A DNA stretch of 64,000 nt, from positions 5,152,001 to 5,216,000 of the forward strand of contig OX638351.1 of NCBI GenBank assembly GCA_951813565.1. Direction: 5' to 3'. Positions within the stretch are counted from its first letter, which is position 1; every line of letters starts with the position of its first letter. This document shows positions 29,723 to 39,065 of the stretch, piece after piece. The position numbers and the translations under genes were made by a program. The notes beneath the pieces were generated by a model. The model worked only from the letters and a program-made list of their open reading frames with translations, was not told the DNA's origin and ran no database searches. The stretch is from an uncultured Poribacteria bacterium. Lineage in GTDB: Bacteria > Poribacteria > WGA-4E > WGA-3G.

Positions 29723-30943
29723 ATGAAACGAATTGCTGTTATTACAACTATCTATCGTTATCTATCGCATGCGCAACATTTTGCTGACCGTTTTCTCGTA
29801 GGTTACCCGAAAGAGGGCAGATGGCATCGTCCAAATATGAAAGTCGTTTCTTTATTTGTTGACCAGAAACCGGAGGGTGAGCAGAGTGAAGACCGTGCCA
29901 GAGAATTTGGCTTTGCAGTTTATCCTACCATTGCCGAAGCACTCCGATGTGGTGGCGATGAACTTGCTGTGGATGCAGTGCTTTTGATTGGAGAACACGG
30001 CGACTATCCTATCAATGAAAAAAGCCAAGTGCTTTATCCGCGTTATGAATTTTTCAAAGAGTGCGTCAAGGTTTTTGAAGAGGATGGGCGCGCAGTACCA
30101 ATCTTCAACGACAAACATCTTTCTTACAGTTTTGAGAAAGCGAAAGAAATGGTAGATGATGGACACCGCCTCGGTTTTGGCGTGCTTGCTGGCTCATCGT
30201 TACCTGTCACATGGCGATTGCCTGATGTTGAATTGCCATTAGAGTGTGAGATAGAAGAGGCGTTGATGGTAGGCGTTGGCGGTCCGGACCCGATGGATTA
30301 TCACGCATTAGAGGCAATGCAATGCATGGTAGAACGCCGAAAGGGTGGCGAAATAGGTGTTGCTGCTGTCCAACTGATTGATGGTGAGGAAGTCTGGGAA
30401 GCTGGTGAAGATGGGCGTTGGTCTCTGGAATTGTTGGAAGCGGCATTTTCTCGGAGCGATACACCTTGCGGTTTGACGGATGAAGATGGTAGGACACAAA
30501 ACTTACTGAATATCGTTGATAAGGCTGAGGCACAGAGACCTTGCCATACAACTCATGGTAGTGAACTACAAAGACTCGTGCAAAACCCATCTGCCTATTT
30601 CATTGAATATAACGATGGTTTGAAAGCAACCCTTCTGATGCTCAACGGAGCAGTGCGGGATTACTGCTTTGCAGCGAAACTGAGGAACGAATCGGTACCA
30701 ATATCAACCCAGTTTTTCTTAACGCCGACACCGAACGTCACCTATTCTGCGTGCCTTATTGCCAAGATTGAGGAGCTTTTTGCAACAGGTGTCGCACCGT
30801 ATCCTGCAGAACGAACCTTATTGGTAAGTGGAACATTGGAGAGTTGTTTGACTTCACGCCATCAAGGACATATCCGTTTAGAAACACCACATCTTAACAT
30901 TGAATACCGCGCACCTGCGGAATCGCAACATGCGCGTCGTTAG
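29723..30943 (+). CDS. Tandem paralog of the 28526 gene
   Basis: Same motif series; 3-bp spacing. Confidence 0.7.
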   Translation: MKRIAVITTIYRYLSHAQHFADRFLVGYPKEGRWHRPNMKVVSLFVDQKPEGEQSEDRAREFGFAVYPTIAEALRCGGDELAVDAVLLIGEHGDYPINEKSQVLYPRYEFFKECVKVFEEDGRAVPIFNDKHLSYSFEKAKEMVDDGHRLGFGVLAGSSLPVTWRLPDVELPLECEIEEALMVGVGGPDPMDYHALEAMQCMVERRKGGEIGVAAVQLIDGEEVWEAGEDGRWSLELLEAAFSRSDTPCGLTDEDGRTQNLLNIVDKAEAQRPCHTTHGSELQRLVQNPSAYFIEYNDGLKATLLMLNGAVRDYCFAAKLRNESVPISTQFFLTPTPNVTYSACLIAKIEELFATGVAPYPAERTLLVSGTLESCLTSRHQGHIRLETPHLNIEYRAPAESQHARR

Positions 30944-31006
30944 TTTGCAGCTTCAGAACTGATCGATTTTGTTGACTCATGTCTACTACAGAAAGGAATT
31001 AGTAAA

Positions 31007-31834
31007 ATGAAATTCAAGCGTGAAGAAATTTTAGAGCAATTGCGAAACAATATTGACGCGGGCAAACCGATCATTGGGGCAGGTGCAGGCACTGGCATTT
31101 CTGCCAAATGCGAAGAAGGTGGTGGAATTGACCTAATTATTATATACAATTCGGGCAGATTCCGAATGGCAGGTAGAGGTTCGCTTGCGGGGATGATGCC
31201 TTACGGTGATGCGAACCAGATTGTCGTTGAGATGGCAAGTGAGGTGCTGCCTGTTGTTAAAAATACACCTGTTCTTGCGGGTGTCTGCGGCACCGACCCG
31301 TTTCGCTTGATGGATATTTTTTTAAGTCAGATAGATGCTATTGGGTTTTCAGGTGTGCAGAACTTCCCCACGGTGGGACTGATTGATGGCACATTCCGTC
31401 AACTTCTTGAAGAAACCGATATGGGATACGGTCCCGAAGTAGAGATGATTCGGACGGCACATCAGATGGGGTTACTGACAACACCTTATGCGTTCAATGA
31501 ATCAGAAGCTGAACAGATGGCGGATGCAGGAGCAGATATTCTCGTTGCCCACATGGGACTGACGACAAAAGGCTCTATCGGCGCACAGACTGCTTTCACA
31601 CTTGAAGATGCTGCAAAACGTGTGCAAGCCATTCATGACGCTGCGAAAGGAGTCAATCCTGAAATTTTGGTAATATGTCATGGAGGCCCCATCGCCGAAC
31701 CTGAAGATGCTACCTATGTCTTGGAAAATACCAAAGGTGTTGTCGGATTCTACGGTGCCTCAAGTGCTGAGCGGTTACCAACGGAACGGGCTATTACGGC
31801 ACAAATTGAGGCTTTTAAGAAAATAAGGTTATAG
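31007..31834 (+). CDS. TIM-barrel protein, phosphoenolpyruvate-hydrolase-like (Tm-1-associated) family
   Basis: [58 protein letters not shown]. Confidence 0.88.
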   Translation: MKFKREEILEQLRNNIDAGKPIIGAGAGTGISAKCEEGGGIDLIIIYNSGRFRMAGRGSLAGMMPYGDANQIVVEMASEVLPVVKNTPVLAGVCGTDPFRLMDIFLSQIDAIGFSGVQNFPTVGLIDGTFRQLLEETDMGYGPEVEMIRTAHQMGLLTTPYAFNESEAEQMADAGADILVAHMGLTTKGSIGAQTAFTLEDAAKRVQAIHDAAKGVNPEILVICHGGPIAEPEDATYVLENTKGVVGFYGASSAERLPTERAITAQIEAFKKIRL

Positions 31835-31906
31835 CGCACATTTCGTTAATCCGAATTTGCTCGTTCAGAGTCTTAACCCAGCCTACAGAAAACTAAAGTG
31901 AAGGTA

Positions 31907-31937
31907 AGAGGCGCAATGAATTGCGCGACTACAAACG
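31907..31937. repeat. REP-like palindrome; copies at 40471-40501 and, interrupted, at 44234-44417
   Basis: agaggcgcaatgaattgcgcgactacaaacg. Confidence 0.75.
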
Positions 31938-32027
31938 CGTATCTTCTTAAGGAACATTTTCTTAATGAATCGGGCTAAAAACCCTCTCATAATTTTGAAA
32001 TAGACTACTCAAAGGAGATTGTAAACA

Positions 32028-32828
32028 ATGACTGATGAAGAAAAATTTAGATTTGACTTAACCGGTTTCCTCGTGCGTCCGGCTATTCTCAGCAAGGACG
32101 AAGTGGATGCAATCGTTGATCAACTTGATCGTATCAGACACAACCGCGAATCGCTGCCGCCAGAACACCGCGCTGTTCCGGGTGGTGCTTCAAGTGTTCT
32201 AATTGATCATCCGAAGGTGATTGAAGTATTGCACCAAATTATAGGGCCAGATGTTCGGATGGAAAGCACCTTTTCTGTGTGGCGTAAAAAGGGACAAGAA
32301 CACGGTGGACTCCATGGTGGCGGTCCCCGTCAGGGAGACCCAATCTTCGGTTACCGTGTCAATAATGGCAGAATTCACGCGGGAATGGTGCGCGTCGTCT
32401 TTGAACTTACGGATATATCTAAAAATGACGGTGCAACGCATTTTATTGTTGGCAGCCATAAGTCGAACTTCCCTATGCATCCAGATCACATGTCATTGGA
32501 AGAAGGAAAAAAGAGTCCGTACTTAATGACTTATGAATGTCCTGCTGGTAGTGCGATATTTTTTACGGAAAACCTTTGCCATGCTGGCCCCGTGTGGCAA
32601 CGTGAAACCCCGCGCATCGCGATTCTGAACGCTTACGCGCATCTTGCAACGCATTGGCACAGGCTCCGTATTCCGCCAGAGGTGCTAAATGGACTTTCAC
32701 GTGAGAAGCAGGCATACTTCCGTGAACCTTGGATTGCCGATTTTCGTACGAGCCCTGCTACCCGTAACACAATAGAACGTTTTATAGAAAAAGACGAACC
32801 TCCTATTAACACGAAACATAGCCCGTAA
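32028..32828 (+). CDS. PhyH-family dioxygenase with LHGG in place of HxD
   Basis: FDLTGFL, LHGG, GSHKSNF, AGSAIFFTE.LCHAG. Confidence 0.82.
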   Translation: MTDEEKFRFDLTGFLVRPAILSKDEVDAIVDQLDRIRHNRESLPPEHRAVPGGASSVLIDHPKVIEVLHQIIGPDVRMESTFSVWRKKGQEHGGLHGGGPRQGDPIFGYRVNNGRIHAGMVRVVFELTDISKNDGATHFIVGSHKSNFPMHPDHMSLEEGKKSPYLMTYECPAGSAIFFTENLCHAGPVWQRETPRIAILNAYAHLATHWHRLRIPPEVLNGLSREKQAYFREPWIADFRTSPATRNTIERFIEKDEPPINTKHSP

Positions 32829-33123
32829 GAAACGTCTTTTGTTTTTTATTTTCTTTAGGTAGAACTCCATAAAACCATTCAGTTTTTGTGTTTTCTCAAT
32901 ATTTCAGGTATGGTCGCGAGCTGGAGCTCGCTCCTACAGAAAGAGTTTTTAGGAAGAAGGAAGAAATTATTGGAGAATTGAATAGCTCTGGGAAAACCCG
33001 ATTTCACTTCTCAATTCACATAATTTATGGTAAACTGACATCACGTATGCTGAATATAATGAGGGTTCAAGGGAACTCACGCTTTCAGAGATTAGAAAAC
33101 GTCAGCGCAGTTATGGGTAGATA

Positions 33124-34242
33124 ATGGCACATATTAAATTACAAAATATTGAAAAACGGTTCGGCGATGTTGTTGCTGTCAAAGATTTTAACTTGGAAAT
33201 TGAAGATAAGGAGTTTGTCGTATTCTTAGGTCCATCGGGTTGTGGAAAAACGACGACGCTGCGATTGATCGCTGGGTTGGAGCATCCTGAAGTAGGTGAT
33301 ATTCTGATTGACGGACATCGTGTCAACGATTTGTCGCCAGCGGACCGGGATATTGCTTTCGTATTTCAATTCTATGCACTTTATCCACATCTGAGTGTAT
33401 ACGATAACATTGCATTTCCGCTTAAAGCAGTGAAGGTTGAAAAATCAGAGATTGATGAACAGGTTAAAAAAGTCGCAAAGATTTTACAGATAGCTGACGT
33501 TTTAAATCGGAAACCGAGTGTGCTAAGCGGAGGGGAGATGCAACGCGTTGCGCTTGGACGTGCAATGGTCCGCCAACCGAAAGTTTATCTGCTTGATGAA
33601 CCGATGGCAAATTTAGACGCCAAACTGCGAATTGATACACGAGCAGAAATCAAACGACTCCAACACGAAATCGGTGCAACCACTATTTTTGTAACACATG
33701 ATCAAGTTGAAGCGATGTCTCTCGCGGACCGGATTGCAGTAATCCATCAAGGCGTGCTACAACAAATTGGCGCACCTCATGAGGTATATAACAAACCGAA
33801 AAGTCTTTTTGTTGCAGGATTTATGGGTATGCCAGCTATGAATCTGCTTGATGCCGAGCTCACCTCTCATGAAGGCAAAACCGCGTTGCAACTAAGTCAT
33901 ACCGATGTGCTGTTAGAACTCTCTCAGCAACAGCAGTCTCACCTAAACGCCAATACTCAGAAGAAAGATTGTGTTTTAGGTATCCGACCTGAGCATATTT
34001 CTGCATCCAGAAAACCGATTGGACGTGAAATCGCTGCGGATGTTCATCTCATTGAACCCCTTGGTTCTGTGAACATCCTTGACCTGCTACTCGGAACACA
34101 TCAGGATACGCAAGAGTCTATCCTTCTCCGAGTTAGAACACATCCTACATTTCAGGTTGAAGTTGGGGATACAATTTGGTTGGATTTTGATGACGATCAG
34201 ATGCACCTTTTTGATCGGGAAACTGAACAGGCTATTTGGTAA
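33124..34242 (+). CDS. Sugar ABC transporter ATP-binding subunit (MalK-like)
   Basis: GPSGCGKTT, LSGGE, LLDEP, VTHDQ; C-terminal TOBE-like region. Confidence 0.93.
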   Translation: MAHIKLQNIEKRFGDVVAVKDFNLEIEDKEFVVFLGPSGCGKTTTLRLIAGLEHPEVGDILIDGHRVNDLSPADRDIAFVFQFYALYPHLSVYDNIAFPLKAVKVEKSEIDEQVKKVAKILQIADVLNRKPSVLSGGEMQRVALGRAMVRQPKVYLLDEPMANLDAKLRIDTRAEIKRLQHEIGATTIFVTHDQVEAMSLADRIAVIHQGVLQQIGAPHEVYNKPKSLFVAGFMGMPAMNLLDAELTSHEGKTALQLSHTDVLLELSQQQQSHLNANTQKKDCVLGIRPEHISASRKPIGREIAADVHLIEPLGSVNILDLLLGTHQDTQESILLRVRTHPTFQVEVGDTIWLDFDDDQMHLFDRETEQAIW

Positions 34243-34271
34243 TTTGTTTTACCGCCAGTTATATCAATAGG

Positions 34272-34404
34272 TATGGTAGAATCTAACTATTGTAAGGTGG
34301 ACTCTATGCCTTGTCCAGTGTTGTACGTGCTTTTGGCGTTGTTTAGCGTAAGCGCATTACAATGCACATCTGCAAGCAAATGTTTATATTCAGATTTCAC
34401 TATA
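34272..34404. mobile_element. Degenerate MITE-like element (TATAGT family)
   Basis: TATGGTAGAATCT ... AGATTTCACTATA inverted ends (10/13). Confidence 0.4.
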
Positions 34405-34420
34405 AATCAAGGCAACATCT

Positions 34421-35935
34421 TTAGGCGTAGGATAACCGCTCAACCCTTCTTTCCAACGTCTCCATTTCCTCAAGAATTGCGCCGATGAGTTCTGCTTTAT
34501 CAGATGCACAAGTAGGGTTATCCCACTGATTGACTCGCTCTGCAGGATCATTTTCTAAATCGTAGAGTTCACCATACGGATGTCCACAATACCATGTTAA
34601 CTTGCGTGTGTCGGTTACGATAGTTTTAAGACGTAAACCTTGTGGATCGTCCACGCATTCAACCAACAATGAATCTCGTACAGACTCCTTTTCTCCCGTA
34701 AGCATTGGCATTGCATCTACACCATCAATGTCTGACGGGATCGGCAGTCCAACAGCGGCAAGCACAGTGGCCACAATATCAACATGGCTGAACAGTCCCT
34801 TTGTGCGCTGTCCAGATGGAATGGCGGCAGGATACCTTATCAAAGTCGGTACACGGACAAGTTGTTCGTAATGAAATGGTCCCTTCATCCAAAGTCCGTG
34901 GTCACCAAGCAGTTCACCGTGGTCGGTGGTGAAAAGCACTAATGTATTTTCGCTCAATCCATATGTATCAAGACATTCCAAGATCCGTCCCATCTGCTGA
35001 TCGATAATCTTCACCATATTGTAATAGTATGCTCTCCCCAACCGAGCATCGTGTTCTGAAACTTTGCGAAAATCGGCACCGCCACCTTGCCCAGCGATTG
35101 CAAACCTGCCACGGATTTTTGACTTACTAAGTTGTCCGCAGCGCGCTTCCATAAAATGGGGCGGTTTATCGTCTAATTCACCTTCAACAAAGTCTGGTAA
35201 TGGAACGCCTGCAGGATCAACACGTTCCGCAAATTCGGTTGGCACGCAATGTGGGTGATGTGGGTCTTGAAATCCGACTGCCAATAAGAACGGCTTATCA
35301 GCAGGATGGTTAGTCAAAAAGTCTATCGTACGGTCAGCAGTCCAAATGCTGTTGTGGTATTTCAGAGGTATATCCCAATCGTGCGCCCCACCACCAAACC
35401 CTACTTGCGAGAGACGTCTCGCTTTGCTGTAGCTTGCAAATGTCTCTTCAGAAACTTGAGATCGCACCCATTCCCCGTAATGTCCGGCGATGCCATAAGT
35501 TGCATGTCCCAACGCAAGTTCTATCGTCTCAAATCCGTAATATGGACCGCGAAAATCGGGATACCGATCTGTATTGTTTCGTGTTTCAATTGATTGCTCT
35601 GGGGACGCACCGAAGGGTTGAAAGTGCGCTTTCCCAATATAATGTGTGCGATACCCGACATCCGATAACCGATGTGAGATCATCGGTTCATCGTCGGGGA
35701 CGTTCATACCGACATTCCACGCACCATGCCGACTGACATACTTTCCAGAAAAAATTGAGGCGCGGGCAGGCGTACACACTGGATTTGCACAATAAGCACG
35801 TTCAAAACAGACACCTTCTGAAGCGAATTTATCCAAGTGCGGTGTGTCTGTAAATGTTGAACCGTAGCAACTGAGACTATCTGTCCGCTGCTGATCAGTC
35901 GTGATAATGAGGATATTAGGACGTTGTGTACTCAT
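34421..35935 (-). CDS. Cys-type sulfatase
   Basis: RPNILIITTDQQR, CTPARASIFSG, GKAH, PHHP, TDHG, KGP. Confidence 0.92.
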   Translation of the reverse strand: MSTQRPNILIITTDQQRTDSLSCYGSTFTDTPHLDKFASEGVCFERAYCANPVCTPARASIFSGKYVSRHGAWNVGMNVPDDEPMISHRLSDVGYRTHYIGKAHFQPFGASPEQSIETRNNTDRYPDFRGPYYGFETIELALGHATYGIAGHYGEWVRSQVSEETFASYSKARRLSQVGFGGGAHDWDIPLKYHNSIWTADRTIDFLTNHPADKPFLLAVGFQDPHHPHCVPTEFAERVDPAGVPLPDFVEGELDDKPPHFMEARCGQLSKSKIRGRFAIAGQGGGADFRKVSEHDARLGRAYYYNMVKIIDQQMGRILECLDTYGLSENTLVLFTTDHGELLGDHGLWMKGPFHYEQLVRVPTLIRYPAAIPSGQRTKGLFSHVDIVATVLAAVGLPIPSDIDGVDAMPMLTGEKESVRDSLLVECVDDPQGLRLKTIVTDTRKLTWYCGHPYGELYDLENDPAERVNQWDNPTCASDKAELIGAILEEMETLERRVERLSYA

Positions 35936-35963
35936 AGATATTCTTCTTTTGACATTGAGAGCC

Positions 35964-36563
35964 TTAATTTTGCTGAACTGCTTTGAAAACAGAATTCACA
36001 GCACCGAATAGAGACGGTAAATTATCCAAACTAAAGTTCGTTCTGTTCCGGGTAAAGGCATCCCCTACAAGTCTACCGAATTGCCACATGATTCCATCGG
36101 TTACAATACCATACACAGGAAAATCAAGATTGTCATTCATTTTTTGTGCAGCAACCAACTCAGCCAAACATTGTCCCCACCCCTGTTCAAAGTCGTTCTT
36201 TTTTGCTTCAACCATCATTATCAAAGGCATTCCGACAACAGTAATGCCCAATTCAGACCGTGTAGCAATAAGATAATCTGGCGTACCATTCAAAATCTCA
36301 TCATAGGTAATGGTTTTCTTTACCCAAAGTCCATATTTTTCGGCGTAATCTTTGTAGACCTCTCTTAAAATAGGGAATATAACCACTTCACATCTTGATC
36401 CCTCTGATGTAAAAAAATCGATATGTTGCTGACTAAATTCAAGTTCTTTCAGAAATTGCTCTGAAGGTTTTTTCGCCTCAACACCGAAAAAATCATTATA
36501 CGAGTATTTGATGTTAAATTTTTCTTGAACTTCAGAAATTGTCTTGAAATCGCTAAAAGCCAT
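35964..36563 (-). CDS. Hypothetical protein, PD-(D/E)xK nuclease-like
   Basis: GTPDY...VEAKK...GQCLAELVAAQ...YGIVTDG..WQF; GGAGG RBS before 36563. Confidence 0.65.
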   Translation of the reverse strand: MAFSDFKTISEVQEKFNIKYSYNDFFGVEAKKPSEQFLKELEFSQQHIDFFTSEGSRCEVVIFPILREVYKDYAEKYGLWVKKTITYDEILNGTPDYLIATRSELGITVVGMPLIMMVEAKKNDFEQGWGQCLAELVAAQKMNDNLDFPVYGIVTDGIMWQFGRLVGDAFTRNRTNFSLDNLPSLFGAVNSVFKAVQQN

Positions 36564-36621
36564 GAGTGCTACCTCCCACAATTTCACGGTGAATTTAAGC
36601 GCGTTTTCAGCAAATTATAGA

Positions 36622-37443
36622 TTACGAACAAAACGGCTTTAAATACAGATAACTCTGTTCTGCGGCATCTTCAGGTTCCATGATCTCTCGGAATGCCTGA
36701 TGCACCGTCACATAACCGTCATAACTGATCGCTTCTAAACCGCGAAACACTAACGAAAAATCAATCCCACCTTCATCTTGTAGACGGATAGGATCATGCG
36801 GAACCTCGCCTTGAATCCACGTCAATAGACGTGTCTTCCCTTCTGGGCGACGAATGTGATTTTGAAGATAGACATTAAAAAGATATGGCGAAAAACGTTT
36901 GAGCGTCTCAATGCCGTAATCCTGCACACACAAATCAAGATTAGCAGGTTCATAGATAATGCCAAAGTTTTCTCTACCAACACGTTTTAGCACATCAATT
37001 GAACCTTCAACCGTTTCAAATAGGCTTTGTGTATGCGACTGATGCGCGAGACGAATTCCACGCTCTGCTGCTTCGTCGGATGCACGTTGTGCCCATTGAA
37101 TGTCTTCCTCAACCTTCATTGCGATACGAATAAGGTTAGCACCGAGAAGTTCTGTTAAATCGAGATAAGGGGTTATATTGCGAAGTCCATCAGGTCCTTC
37201 ATCGTTGTTGAGCGGCACCGGAAAATCACCAGTCACCATAGAGATTTTTAGGTTAAGCGAATCTGCCTGTTTGCGTGCAGCGGTAATCTGATCCAGAGGT
37301 GAATGGGTCCCGACTTGGGATGCACGCATACACACTGCCTCGTAGCCAAGGTTCGCTGCGAGTTCTGTTAGTTGCACAAAAGTGTGGGTGGCATCTCTCT
37401 TTGAAGCGTTCTCTGCAACACGAACAGAAAGTGATAGTTTCAT
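36622..37443 (-). CDS. Sugar-phosphate isomerase/epimerase-like TIM barrel
   Basis: AANLGYEAV, GIRLA, ENFGIIYEPAN, GGIDF, YDGYVTV. Confidence 0.75.
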   Translation of the reverse strand: MKLSLSVRVAENASKRDATHTFVQLTELAANLGYEAVCMRASQVGTHSPLDQITAARKQADSLNLKISMVTGDFPVPLNNDEGPDGLRNITPYLDLTELLGANLIRIAMKVEEDIQWAQRASDEAAERGIRLAHQSHTQSLFETVEGSIDVLKRVGRENFGIIYEPANLDLCVQDYGIETLKRFSPYLFNVYLQNHIRRPEGKTRLLTWIQGEVPHDPIRLQDEGGIDFSLVFRGLEAISYDGYVTVHQAFREIMEPEDAAEQSYLYLKPFCS

Positions 37444-37471
37444 GTAATCCTTTTCTCCAAAGTTTGTAATA

Positions 37472-37609
37472 TATGGTGAAATCTATGATTAATGAGACAC
37501 TAATTCTGCAGGAGCGATCTCCGAATCGCGACTAACCGCTTTGATAGTCGGGAATCGGAGTTCCCTCCTACAGATCAATAATGTCTAATTAATTCTGAAA
37601 TCTACCATA
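37472..37609. mobile_element. Degenerate MITE-like element enclosing a REP pair (37507-37573)
   Basis: TATGGT...ACCATA ends; internal gcaggagcgatctccgaatcgcg and gggaatcggagttccctcctaca. Confidence 0.5.
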
Positions 37610-37618
37610 AATCCACTG

Positions 37619-38470
37619 CTACAATAGAATATCGGCAATTGAAAGTGCCATTAGAACCAAACTAATCATACCATTCAGTGTAAAAAATGCAAGATTAACT
37701 CGGGACAGGTCATTCGGTTTGACGATCGCATGCTCATAGATGAAAATCAGGACGACAATTCCAACGCCAATGTAGTAGAAAAGTCCCAATTCGGTAAGAA
37801 GAGGGATGCCAAAAAGAAGTAAAACTGCAACCCCGTGAAGCACAGACGAAACCCACAATGCCCAACGGATACCGAGTCGCGCAGGAATAGAATGGAGTCC
37901 ATGTTTTCTGTCAAAATTGACATCTTGGCACGCATAGATGATGTCAAACCCAGCTGTCCAGAGCAACACAACACAGCAGAGAATTATTGGGGTCCAATCA
38001 AATCTGCCCTTAATTGCAATCCACGCACCAACCGGTGAAATGGAAAGCGCAAGTCCTAACCACAAATGCGAAAGTGCGGTGAAACGTTTGGTATACGAAT
38101 ACCCCATAATCACGGCAAGCGCAACTGGAGATAGCGCAAAAGCAAGCGGATTCAATCGCCATGCAGCAAAGACCAACAATCCTGCCGAAATGAGGGTAAA
38201 AGCCAATACCGCGCCTTTTGTGATTAAGCCAGCTGGGATTGCCCGCATTGCCGTACGCGGATTTTTGCTATCAATTTCCGCATCGGCCAGACGATTAAAC
38301 GCCATGGCGCTACTACGGGCACCAACCATCGCCATAAGTATCCAACCGAGTTTCGGTAGTGATGGAAGTCCTTCCGCAGCAATAAAAGCACTCATGATTG
38401 CAAACGGAAGTGCGAACACGGTATGTTCAAATTTGATCATCTCAAGGATAATTTTGAGTTTTCGTATCAA
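37619..38470 (-). CDS. ubiA: UbiA-family polyprenyltransferase (MqnP-like)
   Basis: IKFEHTVFALPFA, AFNRLADAEIDSKNPRT..R, YSYTKRF, FDIIYACQD..FD. Confidence 0.88.
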   Translation of the reverse strand: MIRKLKIILEMIKFEHTVFALPFAIMSAFIAAEGLPSLPKLGWILMAMVGARSSAMAFNRLADAEIDSKNPRTAMRAIPAGLITKGAVLAFTLISAGLLVFAAWRLNPLAFALSPVALAVIMGYSYTKRFTALSHLWLGLALSISPVGAWIAIKGRFDWTPIILCCVVLLWTAGFDIIYACQDVNFDRKHGLHSIPARLGIRWALWVSSVLHGVAVLLLFGIPLLTELGLFYYIGVGIVVLIFIYEHAIVKPNDLSRVNLAFFTLNGMISLVLMALSIADILL

Positions 38471-38474
38471 CCGC

Positions 38475-39065
38475 TTACTCTTTCCAACGTTGTGTTAGTC
38501 CCGAATCTATTTCAAACTGATCTAATATTTTTGTTACAACAAAGTTGATCTGGTCGTCCACCGTTTTTGGAAAATGGTAAAATCCTGGCATCGCGGGCAG
38601 GACACACACACCAACGCGTGATAATTTGAGCATGTTTTCAAGGTGGATGGAACTCAGCGGTGTTTCACGAGGCACTATTACAAGTTTGCGGCGTTCTTTG
38701 ATACATACGTCTGCTGCCCGTTGGATAAGGTTACGCGAAATACCCGCTGCAATTGAGGCAACCGTCCCCATACTACACGGCACTACAATCATCCCTTCCG
38801 TGCGGAAAGAACCACTGGCAATTGATGCTCCAATGTCGGATTCAGGGTGGTAAATGATTTCTGCTGTAGAAGTATCAATGAGTGATTCTAATTGAAAATT
38901 ATCAATATCTACTTCAATCTTTAGTTCTTCCCACAATGCACGCGCACCAGATTTTGAGATCGTTAGATGCACCTCTATATTTTCCCGCTCCGCAAGGACT
39001 TCAAGAAGGCGCACACCGTAAATGACCGCGCTTGCACCTGTGATACCGACAATCAACCGCTTCAA
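38475..39065 (-). CDS. ubiX: Flavin prenyltransferase
   Basis: VGITGAS, IASGS, VPCSMGT, RAADV.IKERRKL, PRETPL, PAMPGFY. Confidence 0.95.
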   Translation of the reverse strand: MKRLIVGITGASAVIYGVRLLEVLAERENIEVHLTISKSGARALWEELKIEVDIDNFQLESLIDTSTAEIIYHPESDIGASIASGSFRTEGMIVVPCSMGTVASIAAGISRNLIQRAADVCIKERRKLVIVPRETPLSSIHLENMLKLSRVGVCVLPAMPGFYHFPKTVDDQINFVVTKILDQFEIDSGLTQRWKE

